A DNA stretch of 64,000 nt from Octopus vulgaris (taxonomy: Eukaryota), in NCBI GenBank assembly GCA_951406725.2, contig OX597828.1:10664001-10728000 (forward strand). The letters are read 5' to 3'. The notes beneath the pieces are model-generated. The model saw nothing but the letters and a program-made list of their open reading frames with translations, was not told the origin of the DNA and searched no databases. Shown here piece after piece: positions 54,741 through 64,000 of this stretch (position 1 is its first letter; the number at the start of each line of letters is the position of its first letter). Made by a program: the position numbers and the translations under genes.

Positions 54741-55858
54741 TTTTAAAAAGTATGGAAGACCCTACATACAAAAAAAAACACTGTCCATTTACGTCCAATT
54801 ACGCAGGAGTTCGGGGCAAAATGTTGTAGTGCATGACCATCCTTGGGACATAATTAATGTGTGTGTAAAGTTTGTAGAAAATCGGTTGTGAATTGTGGAA
54901 ATGTATGCTTTAGTCATTATACCACACATACAGCGATTTATATATACTAGTTGACATGGTAACATACATTGCTGGTTCAACTCACTGGATGCTCACTACT
55001 TCTTTATAACCAGTGTACAAAATATATGCGTCCTGAATAACCAATGAAGCAGTATTTATTAAAAATAGAAATTCTATTTAAGCCCCCTGGATTTTTCAGT
55101 GCCGTTGCTGCCATCAAAAGTGTTGAACAGATAGAACAAACAATTTGATAAACGTTGTGTCTCTCCTGAAACAATGAACTGAAGAAATGTGACCTCGGCT
55201 ACCGATAAAAATTTTTGCAGTGATATATGAAACTATGACGTGTGACTAGGCAGACAAATACATCAATCATTTAATCCTCTTCCTTTATCATATTAAAGGT
55301 AAACCGAACACTCATAATTTTATCATTCTTTAGCTATGGATTATGTCCGCAAATATTTTGAATTCATGAACACAGTGACATAAAATGGCAGCATATAGGA
55401 GATGCCCTTGTCAGATAATTGACTCAAATTTATTTTACCATTACAACGCACACAAGAGGAAATCACTCGACTCATTAATGAAACATAGATCAACTCTAAA
55501 GCCTTCTTCACACAGAAAGAAATTGGTCTGGTACAGCTTGCCTCTATAGAGGTTTTAATTTCATATGAAAATTGATTGCAGAATGGATTATATAGAATAG
55601 AATTCGTCAGATAATATACCAAGCAGAAGTTCACCAAGCAATATGCAGCACTGGTAATAATTATTTTGCTTTATAATAGCTTAGCTTTTTTTCCACACAA
55701 GAATAATCTCTATAGATGTCTGACAGAGAATCAGAACGTATAATCATTTAAAATTTTTCTCCGCCGACCAACTGAATCGGTCCATATTTAGAGCTATGTG
55801 TTTTAAAGAATTTTCATCAAATCCAAAAATAAAGACATATAATTCATAAATAATTATC

Positions 55859-56000
55859 ACGGCTGTGTGGTAAGGAGCTTGCTTAACCAACTAGACGGTT
55901 CCAGGTTTAGTCACACTGCATGGTACCCTGGGAAAGTGTCTTCTAATATAGCCTTCTGAGGGGATTTGGCAGGCGTAAACTGAAAGAAGCCCGTCGTATG
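55859..56000 (+). mobile_element. Family B SINE 5' part
   Basis: ggctgtgtggtaaggagcttgcttaacc...gggaaagtgtcttc...aaactgaaagaagcccgtcgta. Confidence 0.8.
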
Positions 56001-56112
56001 TGTATTTATATACACGTTTGCAAAAACGAAAAGAAAACCAGTGTACGAACGAACGTATACCGGTAATATACTAGGTAATTTATACGCATTCGAATATATA
56101 ATTATGTGTGAA

Positions 56113-56160
<48 letters not shown>

Positions 56161-57120
56161 TGTGTGTGTGTGTATGTATGTGTGTACATACATAACGATA
56201 TATATAAGAAATATTAACGAGTATCAAAGATGTACTGGCGTGAATTCATAACGGCCGTTCAAGTGAATAACGAAAACATTACATCATTGAAAAGAAACCG
56301 TTTTCGTCAGATGACAACATAGACGAGACAAATCAAGTGATTTAACATGTTCGTATCAACAACGGAGCTCAGGTATTTATATTGATTCAGCTGTTATATC
56401 TTTGGCTGAATGAGTTTAGAAAAATAGTCAATGTAGTGTCGAATCTAGTAGAATTAGAATTCATAAATCTCACTGTATACTTTAATCTTATTTTACTTTA
56501 TATTCTTTAGTTATATGAGATATTCATTATGAGATTATAAGACTAAATTTACTTAAATTTTGTTACTGGATGTACTCCTATATATATTTAATACCTCTAA
56601 CTTAGTACCGTATATATTAGATCTTTTTTAATTTTACTATATCCTATCTTTACCCACCCGTATTTGATAAGAATGAGTTCAATATCAGTTTAATTGCATA
56701 CTCTAAGTAGCTATGTTATAAATTCATAATATAATATTTTACTAGGATATTCCATACATTACATTTATGAAAAGTCTTGTATCTTAAAGTATCGCCATAT
56801 CAAAATTTTTAGGTGTAAATTCTGGCGTTATTATATATATTTAATCATATACTAATATAATATTATAAATATGTTAAGTTGCAATGAGCTCTTTCTCTTA
56901 TTCTCAGGACTTATCTACCACCCCTAATTTCTAATGCTTATTCAACATCATAGTTACAACATAATATTTATGTTGTAAATATATGTTGTAACTATGATGT
57001 GGTAACTATGATGTTGTACCAACAATATGTCTTTGTCTATCTCCTTAACTTCTTGGAGATCTTAGATCAAATTATACTAATGTGTCCCTTTGGTCTAATT
57101 TAATTAAATTCTATGTCTTT

Positions 57121-57213
57121 GTGCAGCTGATGATTGCTCTACATTTTAAATTGATGTAATTTAATGATTGCATTGTTCAATGAAAATGATCGTACTGAAA
57201 ATATCGTACTGCA
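57121..57213 (+). ncRNA. Decayed minimal hammerhead-like motif (PLE pLTR type)
   Basis: tgcag-CTGATGA-ttg...caat-GAAA-atgatcgt-a-ctg, with the 3' part locally duplicated (gaaaatatcgtactgca). Stem I is tgcag/ctgca and stem III is near-palindromic. Confidence 0.5.
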
Positions 57214-57289
57214 TTACCTCTGGATATCCTTGTTGCTTATTTTGATTTTATATATATAAAGATATGTGTATGTATGTATATATGTATGT

Positions 57290-57500
57290 ATATGTTTTTG
57301 TGTCTGTGTTTGTCCCCCACCATCGCTTGACGACCGATGTTTGCGTGTTTACGTCCCTATAACTTAGCGATTCGACAAAAGAGACGATAGAATAAGTACA
57401 ATGCTTACAAAGAATAAGTCCTGGGGTCAATTTGTCCGACTAAAGGTGGTGCTCCAGCATGGCCGCAGTCAAGTAACTGAGACAAAAGAATAGAAGAAAA
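57290..57500 (+). mobile_element. Family B SINE 3' half
   Basis: tgtctgtgtttgtcccccaccatcgcttgac...ggtgctccagcatggccgcagtcaag. Confidence 0.85.
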
Positions 57501-58529
57501 TCAGAAGTATCACCCATTCCCCATCAGGCATTCCTCCTTATTTTACCAACCCAAGCCTTACCCTCTGGCGTAGATAAAACTGGATATAAGGTCCCAGTAC
57601 TTAGTCTAGTAGATCATCATGATATTAATTTATCACCTTCGTCTGGATTACAAACACAGCTCTCAAAAGATTTAATTTTGGATAATTGAAGACTACGTTT
57701 CCCCCTATTGTCTTCGAAGTGTAGGTAACTACATTCCATTATTCCTACCTGCAATGTAACCTCTACTAACCTCTAAATTCTAGTAGATTGGACACTACAG
57801 TGACTACTTTTCTAATCTCATTCTGCCAAAGATATAACAACAGAATCAATGTAAATATCAGAGCTGCGTTGGTTTGACTAATATGATAAAGCATTTGCTT
57901 TGTTCTTTGTGTGTGAAATCTATGCAATCACCTAACGAAAACTGTTTCTTTGCAATGATGTAATGATTTCGTTAATCGATTAAAGGCGTCGCTTGAAACG
58001 GCCGTAATGAATTGACGCCTGTATATTTTTGTTACCCATTTATATTTTATTCCCCTTCCCTGGAATCTGCACTTCGGAAATTTAATAGAGAGTATTTTTG
58101 TATTTTTATATAATGTACATGTCTTAACAACCAAGAGCGGGTCTCTGCATACACTGCCAGAATATCAAGGGCAAACACTTCTGCACAGAGTTTGATAGTC
58201 ACCTGATATTGTTTGGGCGTGCAAATTCGATTGATCGAACAAGGTGCCTCAATTTATGTACTTAATTCGAGCAAATCTTAATTATATTTTATATATTCTG
58301 TATAGATAAATATAAATGCTCGTCCTAAAATTTCTCAATGAGATCAACGCAAAAATTGTACTAACAAGCAATATTCGTCGCCACATGAACATAGCTGTCC
58401 GTGCGAACGGATTTACTGCGAATTTTAAACCCAAGATGATATCTTCCCTAGCTGGTTAACGATGCTCAGCTGCATCCAAGATATTGCGAGTAGAGAAGAG
58501 AACCCCTACCACCCTCTAGCGACGGGACG

Positions 58530-58575
58530 AGCAGACCAGACTGGTTTCGGGCTATTTCTGGCTCTCTTCAGTACT
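58530..58575 (-). ncRNA. Minimal type I hammerhead ribozyme
   Basis: Minus strand: agta-CTGAAGA-gagcca-gaaa-tagccc-GAAA-ccag-t-ctgg-TC-tgct. The core is intact with a GUC site. Stem III is accag/ctggt (near-palindromic), stem I is agua/ugcu, and stem II has two mismatches. Confidence 0.75.
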
Positions 58576-58950
58576 GAACATGCCGTCTGCTAGAGATGGC
58601 AGTAGCTCGCTTCTTCTTGAAAAATATATATAATTTCAACACGACATACAGTCGCTGATTTTGCAACAAGCAAATCTGCCAGTTCTAAAATCTCACTAAG
58701 GGATCAACACAGTAGTTCTACTAACAAGTAATGTTCGTTGCCACTTCAACATGGCTGTCCGTTCGAACGGACTTTACTGCGATGTTTTTGTACTATCATT
58801 ACTTGTTAGTACAGCTTGCGCGTTGATCGTTTAGAGAGAGTTTAGTCCTAGCATTTTTGCTTGTTGCAAGTCAGGGACTGTATGGCTCTTGAAATTATAT
58901 ATATATTGCGAGCAGAATCGAGCTTCTGCCGTCTATAGCAGACGAGGTGT

Positions 58951-59000
58951 CCTGTGCTGAAGAGAGAGAGAAACAGCCCAGAACCAGGCTTGTCTGCTGG
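58951..59000 (+). ncRNA. Decayed paralogous hammerhead in the inverted monomer
   Basis: cctgtg-CTGAAGA-gagaga-gaaa-cagccc-agaa-ccag-g-cttg-TC-tgctgg. GAAA is mutated. Confidence 0.6.
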
Positions 59001-59186
59001 GCTCGTCGCTAGGTGGTAGGAGATCACTACCCTGCTCGCAAAATCTCGAATGCAGCTGTGAATCGTTAAGCAGCTAGAGAAAATTTCCTCTTGGGGTTAA
59101 AAAATCTCAGTAAAATCCGTTCGAACGGACAGCCATGTTGAAGTGGCTACGAACATAATTTATATAAAATATACATATATATATAT

Positions 59187-59289
<103 letters not shown>

Positions 59290-61496
59290 CAAGTGGAGTT
59301 AGACATTGTGAGATGGAGATGTATGTATATTGATCAAGTGGATTTTCTGATCTTTAAGAAAGCAGAAGAGCCAGTTTTTATTCTGATTCATCATCGACTT
59401 CCAAAGATCCATTACACAAACAGTCGTTTTTCGCAAAATATATATACATATGCGTGTCTTTGTGTGTATGTGCGTTGCATATGTATGCATATGTACGTAA
59501 AGACTATATGCGCGCGCGTAAGTGTATTTGTGTCTTCATATGTCTCCGTATAAGCGTTTGTGTGCGAAATGTGCATCTGATATATTACTTCTAAGTATAT
59601 GCTGTAAGCTATTTCATTTTGTATACAAGCTGGATGTATAATCAGATATTATTTGTTAATGCTATGCATCAACTATAGTCGTATAGTTATTTTTGTATTA
59701 TTTATCTACATGTTTGTATATTATCTTCCATCGTATGAAACAGTTAATCGCCATTCAATGTTCGTTCTAATGCTTATTCGAAGAGATTCTCTATTGATCT
59801 GTTTAACTTACTGAAATGGATATCATCTAATTTGTCTAGTTATTTATTCATTTCTTCTTTACGGTCGATTTTATGATTCACCTATTCATGAGCCGATTAA
59901 ATTAGTACCAGTTATTTACAACAATTCGTTCAACAGACTAAAACTGTAAAACATGGTCTTATGATTACTGCAAATAAACCATTACTACACTTAACGTTAT
60001 TAGGCAGGGTGGTAAAATTGCCAGTATTGGTACTACTGCATCGAACGAAATAAAATGGTTCATATTTAACATCTCTTTTTATTCAGTATTTAAATATTTC
60101 CAAGGCGTCAAATGAGTTTTTTTCTGCTTTTTTGAGGTTCAATTGATAAAGAATAAATCATTGATGGAAATGTGGGTGTAAATATAGAAAAAGTATATAT
60201 GATAAAGTTAATAATCCCAGCGACTATAACCATGTTAAACAAGTTGAAACCAATAGGCTGAGAATTAGTGAAGGTGGGATTCTTAAAATCTCTTATCTCA
60301 CATATTATAGAAACCAAAATATGATCAATTGTGTACAGGAACTATTTTCATCCTACGCACCCCACACCCAACACATTATATGAAGAATTCCTTTGAAGCT
60401 CCTGTTTCTAGTGACACTGCCTATTCTCATGTCCATCACTAATCACTGTGACGAGCTATCAGGGCTCTTGATGTTGAACTAACAAGTCTCTGTTTCACTG
60501 GTGGTCAGCTTTTCTTAACATGCTCATTTTTAGGGGTTCAAGAAAATATTATGTCATTAAAAAACACAAAGCGCAACTACTGAGTGTCTGTCTTGATTAC
60601 GATGAGAATAATGGTTGTCAGAATGGAGCAGGTAGGCAATGAGTCAAGGAACTGAGCGATTATCAAATTTACAGAATGCAAGATTTCGGAAGCAAAGTAC
60701 TATAGGGTGGCTCTGAGCTGTTGAAGAAGTTGTGAACATCACACCACATGTTACAAGTTGATATATAATATTCCAAAATATAACGCTACTCAAAACACAT
60801 TATATAATACCTACATTAACATCATCTTTCACAATAGTACTGAAAGATAATTAAACATCCCTTATTATTAAGGGCCTGCTTATCCTACATTACGGGTATG
60901 CCAGCCCATATACTAAAGATTTAGCAGTTACTTGCATGCGCAGTGAATTAGGTAAGCATTTCAGTATGTTATTGAACTACTTATAATAACGTTAAGAGTA
61001 GTAGTGGGCTATTTTAAGTAATAATAAGATTATGAATATGTTTCATAACTTTTTTCAAAAATGATCAAGCGTAAGATTCAGTGCTGTTGTCACTCTTACA
61101 TGTCTCATATTTTACAAGATGTTGTGCAAGCTTGAAAGGTGAAGAAAAATGGAAAGCTAGCTGTAGGTTAGATATGGTTGAGGCTTAAGTAACCAAAACA
61201 TTTAGAGTTTTAGGTCAACTGAATTCCGTTAACGTAAAACAACTTCAAAACTAAAAGGATCTAAAATTAGAGAATGTTGTCGTTATAGTAGTTCGATACA
61301 TTTTAAGCGCATAACCTACTGGGGCTGGTAGACTTTCAGGTGTAAATCTGTAGGGGACTGAGGATATGTCGGAGGACAGGGAATGGAAAATGAAAGCAAA
61401 ATAACAAAACAGAAAAGTTTGCAGAAACGCGTGTGTGAATATGCGCGTGTCTATATGTGTCTGTATATATTTATTTACATTTGTATACTTACGCAT

Positions 61497-61539
<43 letters not shown>

Positions 61540-61899
61540 TACATATATTCATACATACCATTACCTATGTAAGTTTCCCTGTGTGTAAGCAAATGGTGTC
61601 AAAGGCGTGAGACTGAAACGCAGCCTTCAATCATGCATTGTCCCCAATCACACAAATGTCAAGAAACGTTTAGAAAGTGCAATAACGCTAAAAGCTTCAG
61701 TCTTTTAAGTGAAAATAACAAAGGAATAAACACTTACATGCATACATAGATGTACATATTGTACACACACAAACACAAACACATATATATATATAGTTAG
61801 AGAGAGATATACATGCATACATGCACACTTATCTCACATACACATACATATATATATATAGTTAGAGAGAGACATACATGCATACATTCACACTTATCT

Positions 61900-61961
61900 C
61901 ACATACACATACATGTATATATATATGTATATATATATACACATATATATATATATGTGAG

Positions 61962-62021
<60 letters not shown>

Positions 62022-62027
62022 CATACT

Positions 62028-62065
<38 letters not shown>

Positions 62066-62068
62066 CAT

Positions 62069-62161
<93 letters not shown>

Positions 62162-62180
62162 TAGATAGATAGATAGATAA
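61900..62180. repeat. (TA)n/(CATA)n/(GATA)n microsatellite
   Basis: Direct reading. Confidence 0.95.
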
Positions 62181-62417
62181 ATATGCGCAAAAGTACATCC
62201 AAACTGAGACAACGAAAATAACATTAATACCAATAAAAAAAAACAGACATAGTTAGTTATCAGCAAGTAATATCAATAGAGGTTGATCTCAGAGGAAACT
62301 CTATGTCGTATCATGGTATACAAGAGTGAGACAGGATTTCTATTTTCATAACTCTGCATGTACTAAACGTATACACGGGGATATACACAAAAATATACTT
62401 ATGTATATACATATGTA

Positions 62418-62465
<48 letters not shown>

Positions 62466-62567
62466 CATATATATATATATATATATAAATGTATGTATGG
62501 ATGTATGTATATATGTATATATATATATATGTACATGCATATATATATATATGCACACACATACACT

Positions 62568-62599
<32 letters not shown>

Positions 62600-62601
<2 letters not shown>

Positions 62602-62841
62602 CGGAGATGTACTTGCATAGCAAGTAACCTGATCCGAGATCGTGTGGTGGAACGAAAACAATTGCAGCGAGGAAGGTGTTTATAAGCCATTTAAGAAACA
62701 CTAAAACCGTTAGATTCACTTCAACATTTAAATTTAATTTGTCAAAATATTTTCGTCACTTTGAGACCGAGTCCTGTTCACTGACAAGATTTCGTGCAGC
62801 ACCGAAACTTGTAAGTGAACCGGTCGCGGTCTCAAAGCGAC
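62600..62841 (-). mobile_element. Short pLTR-like element with a terminal fold-back hairpin and a variant hammerhead
   Basis: Inverted repeat 62755-62841 (gtcactttgagaccgagtcctgttcactgacaag / cttgtaagtgaaccggtcgcggtctcaaagcgac). The element abuts a (TA)n tract. Confidence 0.6.
62739..62787 (-). ncRNA. Minimal type I hammerhead with G3-C8 core variant
   Basis: Minus strand: ttgtca-GTGAACA-g-gactc-ggtctcaaa-gtgac-GAA-aatatt-t-tgacaa. It has a 6-bp stem I and palindromic stem III AAUAUU. Stem II is intact (gtcgc/gcgac) in the sister arm at 62823-62841. Confidence 0.6.
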
Positions 62842-63064
62842 AAGGATTGAAAATTAAAAATCCTTTCGAGAATTTATCCATAATTAGTGGTTTGAGTATT
62901 CTACTGCTGTTTCTAGCACAAGGCTTTCGTATTTGGAAGCCACTTATTCACAGATATTTTTATGTGAATTATATATTGTCTATTGACTATTTTTTTTTGT
63001 GCTAGGCCACTGGTAAAAATAATTTCTATAATTCTTATTACCCTAATATTATATATATATATGT

Positions 63065-63272
63065 TCGTGTGTCTATGTTTGTCCCTCCACCATCGCTATA
63101 TAACCGGTGTTGGTGTGTTTACGTCCACGTAACTTAGCGTTTCAGCAAAAGAGACCGATAGAATAAGTACTAGGCTTGCAGAGAATAAGTCCTGGGATCG
63201 ATTTGTTAGAGTAAAGACGGTGCTACACCATGACCACAGTCAACTGACTGAAATCAGTAAAAGAATATAAGA
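63065..63272 (+). mobile_element. Family B SINE 3' half
   Basis: gtttgtccctccaccatcgc...gcaaaagagaccgatagaataagtactaggcttg...gactgaaatcagtaaaagaa. Confidence 0.85.
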
Positions 63273-64000
63273 ATTAAAGAATATTTATGTGTGTGCATGT
63301 TTGGGTACGTGTGTGTGTGAATGTGTGTGCGTCTGTATTAAACTGATAATTTACCTCCTTTAGGTTTTTACAATTTTTAAAAATAAACGCGCTTTTGTGT
63401 GTCTGTGTGTCTGTGTGTATATATATATATATATGTATGTGTGTGTGCGTGTGCGTGCGTGTGTGTGTGTCTGTGTGAATTTAATTTCTTTGTTAGTCAT
63501 AATAATTTTTCTCCGAGGAAAAAAAAATGTTGATATTTAAGTAAGAAATCATAAGCCTCATCACTGAATTTCGGATATAAGATAATTGTAACATAGTGCA
63601 CTTTGGGAAAGTCCTGTAAAGTCGATATATATCGTGCGAGTAAGCCGTCTGCTTTACTTGCCCGATGATTCTTGCTTTTCTATATTGTTACTAAGGCATT
63701 TATTAACATAACCAAGTCTGCCAATAATTATTAGGTATAGATGTGATTTTCTCATGACAATGGAGAAGCTGCCGGTTTCGTTGCAGCTGTGGATATGTAT
63801 TCAAATCTCTTATTTCAGAGAAGATATTCTCAATTTACTGGACATCTTAACATCTCTACCTAAACATGATACTTCTTTTCGCCCCAAATTACTATATCAG
63901 GTTTGTTTTGTTTGACTTGGTGGAAATTTTAATGGAAACGTTCCTCTATGTGTGCATATATCTATGTATTTATGTATTTCTATGTGTGCGCATGGATGGC

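Larger units (their letters stand above)
56208..58048. repeat. Pair of ~250-bp diverged inverted repeats (56208-56460 and 57775-58048)
   Basis: For example, cattacatcattgaaaagaaaccgttttcgtcag and tattgattcagctgttatatctttggctgaatgagtttagaaaaatagtca match the reverse complement of 57775-58048. Confidence 0.8.
58325..59156. mobile_element. Retrozyme-like / pLTR array: 360-bp hammerhead-containing monomer, ~1.3 tandem units plus one inverted unit
   Basis: Direct-repeat period of 360 bp (ctaaaa at 58325 and 58685). 58798-59156 is the reverse complement of ~58371-58733. There is one hammerhead per monomer. Confidence 0.8.

Noticed and set aside
56375-56430. IYIDSAVISLAE read as a GIY-YIG motif
   Set aside because: The inverted paralogue at ~57800-57860 also has YID rather than YIG, and a different frame is the open one in both copies.

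Overview
AT-rich eukaryotic non-coding DNA, saturated with (AT)n, (CA)n, (GATA)n and (CT)n microsatellites and tRNA-derived SINEs. The SINE families and repeat texture resemble octopus (coleoid cephalopod) genomic DNA; this is recognition, not a database result. I see no intact protein-coding gene, and almost all ORF-track entries are microsatellite artefacts. Decayed mobile elements present: a near full-length Penelope-like element (RT + GIY-YIG, 47.1-50.4 kb), an L1/Tx1 ORF2 remnant (29.9-31.2 kb), a Helitron (53.0-54.7 kb), a Tc1/mariner remnant (17.5-18.2 kb) and a tRNA-Asp pseudogene. Three observations stand out. (1) A 360-bp hammerhead-ribozyme-bearing monomer occurs in tandem and inverted form at 58.3-59.2 kb (retrozyme-like), with a diverged relative at 25.6 kb. 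(2) Two diverged copies of an apparently RT-less retroelement both end at the same 13-14 bp site in the tRNA-derived head of a SINE, which suggests target-specific insertion into SINEs. (3) A minimal hammerhead at 62.7 kb has the swapped G3-C8 core. Several further decayed minimal hammerheads are scattered through the window.
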